From NCBI GenBank assembly GCA_963664825.1, contig OY761614.1, forward strand, positions 1,280,001 through 1,344,000: 64,000 bases of DNA. The letters run 5' to 3'. The notes below the pieces were generated by a model. The model ran no database searches. It was not told the origin of the DNA and was given only the letters and a program-made list of their open reading frames with translations. The translations under genes were made by a program, and so were the position numbers. This document shows positions 1 through 9,696 of the stretch, in pieces (position 1 is the stretch's first letter; each line of letters opens with the position of its first letter). Source of the DNA: an uncultured Holophaga sp. (GTDB lineage: Bacteria > Acidobacteriota > Holophagae > Holophagales > Holophagaceae).

Positions 1-523
1 CACCGAAGGCCTTGTCCCCGAAGATGTAGGTGCCCTGAAGGCCGCGATCCCGGTAATCGGAGGCGAAGCGGGCCACCTGGGCCCGGTCCGTGAAGAGCAG
101 ATCGGCGGCGGCCACCATGCTGGCTTCGTAGCCGATGGGCTTGAACTGACCCACCTTGACCTCGAAGGAGGTATTGGGTTTCCAGGTGAGAAAGGCGTCA
201 TAGAGCATGGGGCTGGGCTGATTGGGATCCAGCATGATATTGCCGCTGAGCTCGTCGGTGATATTGGCGGCCACGTAAATCTCTGCACGACGAAGGCTGA
301 AGCCATTTTCATTGTAGGGGTTGATGCTGCTGGTGCCCTTCGTGCCACCCAGGGTGTAGTAGGAGAGGTTCCCGCCGGGCGCCGAATTCAGCCTCAGACT
401 GTTGTCGGTCATCTGGGTGTACCAGGCGATGAGGAGAGCGTTGATCTTGACATCCTGGGCCTGGGAGGTGGCGGATCCGGCGACCACCAGGGTCGCGATG
501 AGGGCGAGACGGGTTTTTTTCAT
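1..523 (-). CDS. Outer-membrane porin (OprO/OprP-like), partial; runs off the window start
   Basis: Not in the ORF track; translated by hand from ATG at 523 (RBS AAGGAG): MKKTRLALIATLVVAGSATSQA signal peptide, then FSLRRAEIYVAANI...DAFLTW...FEVKVGQFKP...RDRGLQ, typical porin O/P motifs. Confidence 0.7.
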   Translation of the reverse strand, partial: MKKTRLALIATLVVAGSATSQAQDVKINALLIAWYTQMTDNSLRLNSAPGGNLSYYTLGGTKGTSSINPYNENGFSLRRAEIYVAANITDELSGNIMLDPNQPSPMLYDAFLTWKPNTSFEVKVGQFKPIGYEASMVAAADLLFTDRAQVARFASDYRDRGLQGTYIFGDKAFG

Positions 524-597
524 GAGGACTCCTTCAAGATCCCGGGACCAGCCCGAGTGGGGTACATCGGCCTCCGATGCCCCTCGTGTGAATAACG

Positions 598-1464
598 CTA
601 TCTGTTCGAATCGTCCCGCAGCGTGGCTAGGCGGTAAAGCTCCGAGGCCCCCCGATCGAGATGACGACTCAGGGGCTTCACGGCCTCCCGCAGCGTCATG
701 CCACCTTCCCGGGCGGCCTCCAGGAAGCGCCAGGCCCATTCCGGCAAGTCCTCCCCTTCCAGGCTCACGGAGAAATCTCCCACCACGCGCTTGGCCGCCG
801 CCCCGGCGATCACCAGCACCATCTCGCCCCGGTGCTCGGAGCCCAGTTGCTGGTGCACCTGGGCGGGAAGACCTCGGTACCAGGTTTCGTGGAGCTTGGT
901 GAGTTCCCGGCCCAGGGCGATCTCCCGATCCGGCAGGATCTCTTCCAGCTCGGAGAGGGCCTCGTGGATGCGATGGGGGGTCTCGAAGACCACCGTGGTC
1001 TCCTCTCGTCCCGCCAACTTCTGAAGGAAGGCGCGACGGGGTTCTCCCCGGCTGGGCAGATAGCCGAGGAAACTGAAGGCATGGTTGGGCAGGCCGGAGG
1101 CCACCACCGCCAGGGTGACGGCCGAAGGCCCAGGCAACACCGTCACCTTGATGCCCGCTTCCCGGGCCAGGCGGGCCAGTTCGAAACCCGGATCATTGAC
1201 GCCGGGCATGCCCGCATCCGAACAATAGGCCACGGTCTCGCCCCCAGCCAAGGCCAGGCTGACGGCCTCCACGGAAGCTTCGGGCACATGATCATCGAAG
1301 CGCACCAGGGGCTTGTCGATCCCCAGGTGTTTGAGGAGCCCCCCCGTCCTCCGCGTATCCTCGCAGGCCACGCGGTCACAGGCATGAAGGGCGTCAATGG
1401 CCCTTTGAGTGAGATCGCCCAGGTTTCCGATGGGCGTCGGCACCAGGATGAGATGTCCAGCCAC
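598..1464 (-). CDS. rsmI: 16S rRNA (cytidine1402-2'-O)-methyltransferase
   Basis: LILVPTPIGNLGD, ACEDTRRT, SDAGMPGVNDPG, PGPSA, FETPHR, RELTKLHE; GTG start at 1464 with AAGGAG RBS (C-terminal part of ORF 598..2310). Confidence 0.95.
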   Translation of the reverse strand: MAGHLILVPTPIGNLGDLTQRAIDALHACDRVACEDTRRTGGLLKHLGIDKPLVRFDDHVPEASVEAVSLALAGGETVAYCSDAGMPGVNDPGFELARLAREAGIKVTVLPGPSAVTLAVVASGLPNHAFSFLGYLPSRGEPRRAFLQKLAGREETTVVFETPHRIHEALSELEEILPDREIALGRELTKLHETWYRGLPAQVHQQLGSEHRGEMVLVIAGAAAKRVVGDFSVSLEGEDLPEWAWRFLEAAREGGMTLREAVKPLSRHLDRGASELYRLATLRDDSNR

Positions 1465-1586
1465 AGTGGCTCCTTCTCTTCCATTAAACACGGATTGAGC
1501 CTTTCGAGGCGACCACAGGCTGACGCGGCGCCCCGAGCGGCGCCACATCATTCCAAACGGGTGAAAAGCCCTGGGGGCTGGCAGAC

Positions 1587-2633
1587 TCAGTAACCTTCGC
1601 CCTCGGGGGCGGCCTTCACCTTCCCCCGATGAATATGGAAGAGGTAGGCGAAGTAGAGGATCACCAAGGGGAATCCCACCAGCCACCACACGAGCCCAGC
1701 CCGGAGGCCGTGGGGCTCCACGCTGGCATTGAAAGCCGTGAGCGAGCCTGCAGGGTCCAAGGTGGAGCGCAACATCACAGGGAAGACGCAGGCCGCTGTG
1801 GTGGCAAGGATCCCCAGGATGAAGGCCCCCGAGCCCAGGAAGGCCAGGAGGTGCCACTTCCGGGAAAGGCCCAGGAAGACGAGCCCGAGACCCGCCACAT
1901 AGACAACGAAGAAGAGCCAGGCCAGCGGCGCCCTGGGAAACGCATCGAAGATGCCGGGGTTCACGACCTTCGTGGCCAGGGTCGTCATGAGCCAGAGGGC
2001 CAGGGTGGCGATCCAGAGGGGCATGGCGGCTTTCAGACAGCGAGCCTGAAGGGGTCCTTCCGTCTTCCAGGCCAGGAAGGTGGCACCGTGGGCCGTGATG
2101 ACCACCAGGGTGAAGACGCCCACCAGCACGGTGTACCAGTCCAGGATGCCCACGGGGTTGGAGGTTCCCAGGTTCGTGAAGAGGGGGAGATTGAATTCCC
2201 CTCCCACATTCAGGGGCACGCCCCGGATGACATTGCCCAGGGCCGCCCCGAGCAGGATCGGAAGCAGGATGCTGCTGAGGGCGAAGGTGCCATCCCAGAA
2301 GGCCCGCCACATAGCGTCCCGGACATGGCTGCGGAATTCGATGGCGATGCCCCGCAGCAGCAGCGTCCAGAGCACCATGAACATGGCTAGGTAGAAGCCC
2401 GAGAAGCCTGCGGCCAGCACCTTGGGAAAGGCCAGGAACAGTGCGCCGCCCCCGGCCAGCAGCCAGACCTCGTTGCCATCCCAGAGGGGACCGATGGCGC
2501 CGAGCACCTCCCGGCGTTCCGTATTGGTCCGGGCCACGAAGAGATGCAGGATTCCCGAGCCAAAATCGAAGCCATCCATCACGGCGTAGATGGCCACCAT
2601 CACGCTCACGAGCCAGAACCAGAGTGTCTGCAT
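1587..2633 (-). CDS. cydB: Cytochrome bd ubiquinol oxidase subunit II
   Basis: MDGFDFGSG, IGPLWDGNEVWL, LRGIAIEFR; ATG at 2633 after AGGAG. Confidence 0.95.
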   Translation of the reverse strand: MQTLWFWLVSVMVAIYAVMDGFDFGSGILHLFVARTNTERREVLGAIGPLWDGNEVWLLAGGGALFLAFPKVLAAGFSGFYLAMFMVLWTLLLRGIAIEFRSHVRDAMWRAFWDGTFALSSILLPILLGAALGNVIRGVPLNVGGEFNLPLFTNLGTSNPVGILDWYTVLVGVFTLVVITAHGATFLAWKTEGPLQARCLKAAMPLWIATLALWLMTTLATKVVNPGIFDAFPRAPLAWLFFVVYVAGLGLVFLGLSRKWHLLAFLGSGAFILGILATTAACVFPVMLRSTLDPAGSLTAFNASVEPHGLRAGLVWWLVGFPLVILYFAYLFHIHRGKVKAAPEGEGY

Positions 2634-2643
2634 GGGGATCTCC

Positions 2644-3972
2644 TCAGGCCTTGGGAGCAAGGGGGCCGTGGGAAATCTCTCGGCCGATCAGGAAACAGAA
2701 GAGGAGGCCCAGCACAAAGTAGAGCCCCGCGAAGCCCAGGGTGGTGAAGACGGTCTGACCCGCATGCACCAAGCCGCTGGCGCCATGGGCCGTGCGCATG
2801 AGCCCATAGATGAGCCAGGGTTGGCGGCCCATCTCCGCCACCATCCAGCCCGCCGTATTGGCGATGTAGGGGAAGGGGAAGGCCAGCATGAGAATCCAGA
2901 GCAGCCAACGCTTCCCGTCGAGCCCTCCCCGCCACAGGAAGAGGGCCGAAAGGCCCATGAGGGCGATGAAGAAGGTGCCCAGGGAGATCATGATATGGAA
3001 GCTGTAGTAGAGCATCTCCAGGCTGGTGGGCCACTGATCCTCGGGAAATGCGTTGAGGCCTTTCACATCGCTGGAGAAGGAGCCGTAGGCGATGAAGCTG
3101 AGGAGTCCGGGCATGCGGATTGGGTTATCCACCTTGCGTTCCGGCACATTGGGCTGGCCGATGAAATTCATGGCGGCGTAAGAGCCACTTTCGAAGCGCC
3201 CTTCCATGGCCGCCAGGGCCACGGGCTGGTGTTTGGCCACCAGCTTGCCCTGGAGATCACCGGTGGGAAATGCCACCAGGAGGGCCGAGACCAGACCCGC
3301 CCAGATGCCGATCTTAAGATTGCGCTTCGCGTGTTCGAGATGGATGCCCTTGAGGGTCCAGTAAGCGCCCACGGCGGCCACCACGAAGGAAGCCGTGACG
3401 ACTGCGCCCATCATGTTGTGGAGGTACTGGGTGGGAGCCCAGGGATTCAGGAGGAACCTCCAGAAACTGGCCAATTGCAGCGTGGCATTCGGGCCAACGG
3501 TGTAACCCACGGGATGCTGCATGAAGGCATCCGTGGCCACGATGAAGTACCCCGAGAGCCAACTGCCCACGAAGAGCGCCACCGCCGCCCAGAAGTGGCG
3601 CCTGGGGCCGAGCCTCTTCTCCCCCCAGATCAGGAGGCCCAGGAAAGTGCTCTCCAGGAAGAAGGCGAACATCCCCTCCATGCCCAGGGTCTGGCCGATG
3701 ACGCCTCCCGAGAAGCGGCTGAAGGAGGCCCAGTTGGTGCCGAACTGGAACTCCAGGGGAATGCCCGTCACCACGCCCACTGCGAAATTGATGCCGAAGA
3801 TGCGGATCCAGAAGCGGGCCAGATCGCCATAGGCTTCATCGCCCGTGCGGTGCGCCACCCATTTCAGGATGACGATGAGGAGCGCCAGGCCCATGGTGAG
3901 CTGGGGGAAGAGGTAATGGTAGGCCGCCGTGAAGCCGAACTGAAGCCGGTGCCAGAAGACTGGGTCGCCCAT
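2644..3972 (-). CDS. cydA: Cytochrome bd ubiquinol oxidase subunit I
   Basis: RLQFGFTAAYHYLF, GVVTGIPLEFQFGTNW, AFFLESTF, QPVALAAMEG, GWMVAEMGRQPW. Confidence 0.96.
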   Translation of the reverse strand: MGDPVFWHRLQFGFTAAYHYLFPQLTMGLALLIVILKWVAHRTGDEAYGDLARFWIRIFGINFAVGVVTGIPLEFQFGTNWASFSRFSGGVIGQTLGMEGMFAFFLESTFLGLLIWGEKRLGPRRHFWAAVALFVGSWLSGYFIVATDAFMQHPVGYTVGPNATLQLASFWRFLLNPWAPTQYLHNMMGAVVTASFVVAAVGAYWTLKGIHLEHAKRNLKIGIWAGLVSALLVAFPTGDLQGKLVAKHQPVALAAMEGRFESGSYAAMNFIGQPNVPERKVDNPIRMPGLLSFIAYGSFSSDVKGLNAFPEDQWPTSLEMLYYSFHIMISLGTFFIALMGLSALFLWRGGLDGKRWLLWILMLAFPFPYIANTAGWMVAEMGRQPWLIYGLMRTAHGASGLVHAGQTVFTTLGFAGLYFVLGLLFCFLIGREISHGPLAPKA

Positions 3973-4084
3973 GGGGACTCCGGGAAATGGTGGGATGCAG
4001 TCGGAGGATATCAGAGGCAGGGACTAAGGCCCATGCGCCATGCAATGATTACGATGCCTCTCGGGAATGCGCCGTTCCCCTTGA

Positions 4085-4957
4085 CTACCTTGAGACAGGC
4101 TGGCCCTGGTGCACCACGCGCTGCGGCATGGCAATCTCGATCCCCTCGGCTCTCAGGGCCAGGAGGTAGCGGCGACGCAGCTCCCGGGCCACTTCCCACT
4201 GCTTCCCGGGCATGGTCTTGGTGAGGGTGCGCACCGTGACCCCGTTGGGGCCGATGGCCTCTACCCCCAGCACCTGGGTGGGTTCCAGCACACGCTCCGG
4301 CCAATCCTGGGCGAGCCCTTCCCCCACCTGGCCCAGCAGGGCCATGACCGCATCGATATCGGTACCGAAGGCCACCTCGATATCCACCTGGGCCCGGGCG
4401 AAATCCTTGGTGAGTACCACGACCTGGGTGATGGAGCCGTTGGGCAGATAGTGGGCCTTCCCCTCGGAATCCCGGATCTGGGTGACCCGCAGGGTCATGC
4501 GCTCCACCGTGCCCGAATGCTGGCCCTCCACGCTGATCACATCTCCCACACCAAACTGGTTTTCCATGAGGAGGAAGAAACCGGCGATCCAGTCCTTGAT
4601 GAGGCTCTGGGCGCCGAAGCCCAGGGCCACCCCCGCCACCCCCGCCCCTGCCAGCAGGGGGCCCACGTTCACACCGAATTCCTGAAGGGTACTCAGAGTA
4701 AAGAAGGCTGCCACCAGGACCCAGGCCAGATGGTTGAGGACCGAGGCCAGCGTATCGGCCCGGCGCTCCGCCTCGCTGGTGACGTCCTCGTTCCCGTCAT
4801 CCACGGCCCTGCGAACGGCCCGCCCGATGAGGCGCACGGCCCAGAGCAGCACGAAGCAGGTGATGAGCACCAGCGCCAGCTTCTGCAGTTTGGCCCAGCC
4901 CACCCGCTCGAACCAGATGGCCAAGGATTCCAACTTGGTGTTGAACAACAGACCCAT
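4085..4957 (-). CDS. Small-conductance mechanosensitive channel, MscS family
   Basis: AGVAGVALGFGAQSLIKDWIAGFFLLMENQFGVGDVI, GTVERMTLRVT, LPNGSI; start at MGLLF. Confidence 0.92.
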   Translation of the reverse strand: MGLLFNTKLESLAIWFERVGWAKLQKLALVLITCFVLLWAVRLIGRAVRRAVDDGNEDVTSEAERRADTLASVLNHLAWVLVAAFFTLSTLQEFGVNVGPLLAGAGVAGVALGFGAQSLIKDWIAGFFLLMENQFGVGDVISVEGQHSGTVERMTLRVTQIRDSEGKAHYLPNGSITQVVVLTKDFARAQVDIEVAFGTDIDAVMALLGQVGEGLAQDWPERVLEPTQVLGVEAIGPNGVTVRTLTKTMPGKQWEVARELRRRYLLALRAEGIEIAMPQRVVHQGQPVSR

Positions 4958-5050
4958 TGCGACCTCAGTTGAAGGGAAAGCGCTTCGACAAGGATTCCGA
5001 TTGTAGCCGGGAGAGTGGCTCACCCACCGGAAGCAGCCTGAATTTGGTGC

Positions 5051-6958
5051 CTACAGCCCCTTCAGAACGGCCCTGGCGAAATCCGGCAGGGAGGGATCCC
5101 GGGCGCCCATGATGAGCACCAGGTCCCCTTCTTGAGCTTCCGAAACGAGGCGCTCCACCAGCCACTCCCGGGAGGGTGCGAATTCAGCCAGGGTGCCCTT
5201 TTCACCTATTTCGCACACGATCTCGGCAGACGAGAAATCCCGGTTCGCCGTCCCCCCCGCGTAGTAGATCTCCAGCATCCAGAGCCGGTCCTGGGGCCGC
5301 AATTCGGCCTGGAAGGTCGCCACGAAATCCGGACGCAGGAAGCGCATGGGGGCGTATCCATGGGGCTGGAAGACGGCCAGCACACGCTTGGCGCGCATCT
5401 GGGCGGTGCGGATTGAAGCGGCCACCTTGGCCGGATTGTGGCCGAAATCGTCCACCACCTGTACGCCCCCCTTCGTGCCCAGGACCTGAAACCGCCGCGC
5501 CACGCCTTGGAAGGCCGCCAGAGGAGCCACCATCTCCTGCAAGGGCACTCCCACCGCGGCGCAGGCGGCGAGCGCCGCCAGGGCGTTCTCCACATTGTGT
5601 CTGCCGGGCACGGGGAGACTGAAGGTGATGCCATTCACCCGGAAGGTCGAGCCCTCAGCCTCCAGGACCAGTTCCTCACCCCGCAGCCCCGCTTCCTTGC
5701 CGAATCCGAAGACCGTGGCCCCCGAGGCCAGCTCCGTCAGGTTCTCGGCCTCGCCCACCACGAAGGCCTCCTGGACGCGGCCCCGGAAGATGCGGAACAT
5801 CTCGGCCACCTCGGATTCGGCCTTGTGGTCCTTCTGGAGGTTCAAGACCACGCCCACGGCAGGTTTGTAGCGCACCACCGAACCATCGCTCTCATCGGCC
5901 TCGATGACCAGCAGATCGGAATCCCCCGCCCAGGCGTTGCCCCAGAGACCTTCCCCCTGAAGGGCCACCAGTTCGCCGCCGGTGATGATCGAAGGGCTGC
6001 GCCCTGCCCCCCGCAGGATTTCAAAGACAAGAGCCGCCGTCGTGGATTTGCCGCTGGTGCCCGTGATGGCCAAGGTGCGATGGGAGGCCACGAGATCGGC
6101 CAGCAGTTCGGAGCGGTGGATGAGCGGCACGCCCAGGCGCCGCGCTTCAGAGAAATCGGGCACTGTATCTTCCACCGCCGTGGAATAGACCACGCCGCTG
6201 CAATCCCCGGCCACGCCGCAGCCATCCTGGGGCAGGATAGAGATGCCCAATTGTGCCAGCCTCCCCCGGGCCGCCGCGTTCTGGCCTCGGTCGAAGGCGC
6301 GATCACTGCCGCTCACGGGCCTCCCCTTCATGGCCCAGAATTGCGCCAGGGCGCTCATGCCGCTGCCGCCCACTCCCGCGAAGTGGAGGCGGCCCGAACC
6401 TGACCCCTCGACCACCACCAGCGCATCACCTTCCCTGGCCAGCCCGAAGAGTTCCACCACATCGGCATTGGCCATGCGCAGGCAGCCGTGGGAGACGGCC
6501 TCCCCCAATCGGTGTTCCTGGTTGGTGCCGTGGATGTAGATGTAGCGCTCCAGCGTGTCGTGATCGGCACCCCGGTTGAGGCCTTCCTCCAGGCCCTCCA
6601 GCGTGAGGACCCGCGTGAGGATCAGGTCCTCCTCCCGGGTTTCGCCCTGCCAGATTTCCCCCGTAGCGATCTGGCTGCGGAAGATCATGCCGCCGGGAGC
6701 GCCCTCTCCAAGCTTGCGATGGATCCTGTGCCAGCCCAGAGGCGTCTGGTACGAGCCCTCCTGATAGCCGAGGCCATTCAGGGCCGTGGAGATGGGGTAG
6801 TCCCCGAGCAGCTCCCCGTGTTCCAGCAGGCCCATGCGCTGCCGCGCCACATCCACCACCAACAGGCGGTTCGGCAGGGCCCGGAAGGGACTTCCGGGTC
6901 TGGAGAGGGCGGCAAGCCCCAGAGATCGGTAGTGGGCGGCGAGAACGGGATTGGCCAT
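5051..6958 (-). CDS. Fusion of a YkuD (L,D-transpeptidase/carboxypeptidase) domain and a MurC/Mpl-like Mur ligase
   Basis: N-terminal TPLGWH...YIYIHGT...SHGCLRM; after linker GSGSG: HFAGVGGSGMSALA, GTSGKSTT, EADESDGS, PGRHNVEN, RRFQ, DDFGHNP, FQPHGY. Confidence 0.9.
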   Translation of the reverse strand: MANPVLAAHYRSLGLAALSRPGSPFRALPNRLLVVDVARQRMGLLEHGELLGDYPISTALNGLGYQEGSYQTPLGWHRIHRKLGEGAPGGMIFRSQIATGEIWQGETREEDLILTRVLTLEGLEEGLNRGADHDTLERYIYIHGTNQEHRLGEAVSHGCLRMANADVVELFGLAREGDALVVVEGSGSGRLHFAGVGGSGMSALAQFWAMKGRPVSGSDRAFDRGQNAAARGRLAQLGISILPQDGCGVAGDCSGVVYSTAVEDTVPDFSEARRLGVPLIHRSELLADLVASHRTLAITGTSGKSTTAALVFEILRGAGRSPSIITGGELVALQGEGLWGNAWAGDSDLLVIEADESDGSVVRYKPAVGVVLNLQKDHKAESEVAEMFRIFRGRVQEAFVVGEAENLTELASGATVFGFGKEAGLRGEELVLEAEGSTFRVNGITFSLPVPGRHNVENALAALAACAAVGVPLQEMVAPLAAFQGVARRFQVLGTKGGVQVVDDFGHNPAKVAASIRTAQMRAKRVLAVFQPHGYAPMRFLRPDFVATFQAELRPQDRLWMLEIYYAGGTANRDFSSAEIVCEIGEKGTLAEFAPSREWLVERLVSEAQEGDLVLIMGARDPSLPDFARAVLKGL

Positions 6959-7005
6959 GGGTAAGGGTACCGCGGGGAACCCCACCCGGGGACTGCCAGT
7001 GCGCG

Positions 7006-7572
7006 TCAGCCCATGGAAGCGGTGGGTTGCAATTCCAGATGGGATTGTCCGGTCTCCAGCCCGGGCGCAGCCCCAGGGATGTGAGCCTGGATGAAGGAGA
7101 CAACCTCCGCTGGTTTTATGCCGAGAACAATGGCGAATTCGTCGTACAACAGCTTTTCCGCGGTGGTCATGATCTTGGTATCGGTAGCGTTGAGCCTCTT
7201 ACCCGTCCCCTTTTTGCGGTCCTTCTCGAGGTACAGGGTCTTTATCAACTTCACCAATTCATGGCAATCGCCACTGTGAAGTTTCACGGAATACTCCCGA
7301 TCCCGCTCGCGATCATCACTGATCCAGATGGATTCTTCCTCAGGCATCCCTTGGATCAAACTATTTATTTCGTCCCTGGTCAGGATCGGCCGGATCTTGG
7401 CCACGAGTTCCTCATCGGTTGTGGAGACATAGGTGATCGAATTGGAATCAAAAAAAGGTTTAAGAACATAATATTCTTGTTCCTCGGCGGAACGAAATTT
7501 TTCGGTTCTTATATCCACGATCTTGCATACACCTATCGTATTATACACGACACTGTCATTGATATTAAACAT
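7006..7572 (-). CDS. CarD-family transcription factor
   Basis: MFNINDSVVY...GVCKIVDI...YYVLKP...AEKLLYDEFAIVLGI; visibly AT-rich compared with its neighbours. Confidence 0.85.
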   Translation of the reverse strand: MFNINDSVVYNTIGVCKIVDIRTEKFRSAEEQEYYVLKPFFDSNSITYVSTTDEELVAKIRPILTRDEINSLIQGMPEEESIWISDDRERDREYSVKLHSGDCHELVKLIKTLYLEKDRKKGTGKRLNATDTKIMTTAEKLLYDEFAIVLGIKPAEVVSFIQAHIPGAAPGLETGQSHLELQPTASMG

Positions 7573-7941
7573 TTTTATCACCAGTGCCTGCCTAAAAGCC
7601 ATGTACTTATGGCAGCAAGCAATCCTCTGTAATCAGTATAGCAAAAATGACTCTTCGCTGTAAGGTTCCAGGACAAACCCTGTGGAACCGATTCCCACTT
7701 GGATGTGGAAGTTGTCCCAACCCTGGCTTCGGAATGACCCTGGAGGGAATGGGGTGGGCATGGGAACTCCTGGGCACGACGAGGGCTTGAACGCCTCACG
7801 GAACAGCGAGTAGGGGTTGCGGGAAGCGATGTGTTTGCATGAAACTATCGGTTAACTCCTGCCAAGCAGCCTTGGGAAAGACTCGCGGCAGCTTAAAAGG
7901 CGCATCTCCTTGACGAACCTATATTCCCAGCGAGGACACCC

Positions 7942-9573
7942 ATGCCCAACGCCATCTTCAATCTGCCGGATTCCTACAACGAACCCGTCCTCACGTACGC
8001 CCCCGGCAGCCCGGAACGTGTGCATCTGAAGGCCGAACTGGATCGCCAATACAATCTCGAAGTGGACATCCCACTCATCATCGGCGGCCAGGAAATCCGC
8101 ACGGGACGCCTCCGGGAGGTGGTCTGTCCCCACGAGCACGGCCACGTGCTGGCCCACTACCACGAGGCCGGAGAAGCCGAAATCCAGATGGCCATCGATG
8201 CCGCCCTCCAGGCCAAGAGCGATTGGGAGGCCATGCCCTGGGAGGACCGGGCCGCCATCTTCCAGCGAATGGCCAGCCTCATCTCCACGAAATACCGCTA
8301 CATCCTCAACGCCGCCACCATGCTCAACCAGTCCAAGAACGCCCACCAGGCGGAGGTCGATTCCACCTGCGAGACGGCGGACTTCTTCCGCTACAACGCC
8401 AAGTACATGGAGCAGATCTACCGGAACCAGCCCTTGTCGAACCCCAATATCTGGAACCGCATGCAGTACCGGGCCCTGGAAGGCTTCGTCTTCGCCGTCA
8501 CCCCCTTCAACTTCACCGCCATCGCCGCCAACCTAGCCACGGCACCGGCCATGATGGGCAATACCATCGTGTGGAAGCCCGCTTCCACAGCTATCCTCTC
8601 CAACTACTACCTGATGCAGCTCTACCGGGAAGCCGGTCTGCCGGATGGAGTCATCAACTTCGTGCCCTCTCGGGGTTCGGTCATCGGTCAGATCGTGATG
8701 GGCCACGAGAGCTTCGCGGGCCTTCACTTCACGGGGTCCACGGAGACCTTCCGCTCCATGTGGAAGACCGCCGGGGAAAACCTGGACCGCTACCGCACCT
8801 ATCCCCGCCTGGTGGGTGAGACCGGCGGCAAGGACTACATCTTCGTCCATAACAGTGCGGAACTCCCGGCGGCGGCCACGGCCATCGTGCGGGGTTCCTT
8901 CGAATACCAGGGGCAGAAGTGCTCGGCCTGCTCCCGGGTCTATGTGCCGGCCTCCACCTGGCCCGAGCTGAAGAGGCTCCTCCTGGAGCTCGTGGGCCAG
9001 ATCCAGATGGGCGACGTGCGGGACTTCCGCAATCTCATGAACGCCGTCATCGACGAGACGAGCTTCAATGCCACGATGGGCTACATCGAGAAGGCCCGGG
9101 CATCCGAAAAGGCCGAGATCATCGCCGGAGGCAAGGGCGACAAGTCCACGGGCTACTTCATCGAGCCCACGGTCATCGTCACCACCGATCCCCACTTCCT
9201 CACCATGGAGGAGGAGATCTTCGCCCCCGTGGTCACCATCTACGTCTATGACGACGGGAAGCTGGAAGAGACCCTCCAGACCCTGGATCAGACCTCGCCC
9301 TACGCCCTCACGGGCAGCATCTTCGCCCGGGACCGCCAGGTCATCAATCACCTGTCGGAGGTCCTGGCCAATACCGCCGGGAATTTCTACATCAACGACA
9401 AGTGCACCGGCGCCATGGTGGGCCACCAGCCCTTCGGAGGCGCCCGGGCCTCGGGCACCAACGACAAGGCGGGGAGTTTCCTGAACCTGGTGCGCTGGAC
9501 CTCCCCCCGGGCCATCATGGAAAACTTCGCGTCCCCCACGGGACTCGGATATCCCTCCATGGACGAGGCCTGA
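7942..9573 (+). CDS. pruA: 1-pyrroline-5-carboxylate (glutamate-semialdehyde) dehydrogenase
   Basis: NEPVLTYAPGSPER, PFNFTAI, FTGST, GETGGKD, FEYQGQKCSACSR, EEIFAP, QPFGGARASGTNDKAG. Confidence 0.95.
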   Translation: MPNAIFNLPDSYNEPVLTYAPGSPERVHLKAELDRQYNLEVDIPLIIGGQEIRTGRLREVVCPHEHGHVLAHYHEAGEAEIQMAIDAALQAKSDWEAMPWEDRAAIFQRMASLISTKYRYILNAATMLNQSKNAHQAEVDSTCETADFFRYNAKYMEQIYRNQPLSNPNIWNRMQYRALEGFVFAVTPFNFTAIAANLATAPAMMGNTIVWKPASTAILSNYYLMQLYREAGLPDGVINFVPSRGSVIGQIVMGHESFAGLHFTGSTETFRSMWKTAGENLDRYRTYPRLVGETGGKDYIFVHNSAELPAAATAIVRGSFEYQGQKCSACSRVYVPASTWPELKRLLLELVGQIQMGDVRDFRNLMNAVIDETSFNATMGYIEKARASEKAEIIAGGKGDKSTGYFIEPTVIVTTDPHFLTMEEEIFAPVVTIYVYDDGKLEETLQTLDQTSPYALTGSIFARDRQVINHLSEVLANTAGNFYINDKCTGAMVGHQPFGGARASGTNDKAGSFLNLVRWTSPRAIMENFASPTGLGYPSMDEA

Positions 9574-9696
9574 GCCACCTTTCGACCTGGGGGACGGCCT
9601 TCCCCTCTGACCTCCATCACGCTTTTTCCCACCTCGGGGCGCGCCTCCTTCACAATGAAGACTGGTGCGCCCCAAAGGGCGAAACAGGAGCCGGTG

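Noticed and set aside
1465..1586. Hairpin-rich leader upstream of rsmI as a riboswitch
   Set aside because: Short GC stems only; no conserved aptamer consensus recognised. An Rfam scan would settle it
598..2310. 570-aa ORF suggesting an N-terminally extended RsmI; similarly the 635-aa rimO ORF and the 438-aa MFP ORF
   Set aside because: The extensions overlap neighbouring real genes and look like low-complexity off-frame translation; the true starts lie downstream where the family motifs begin
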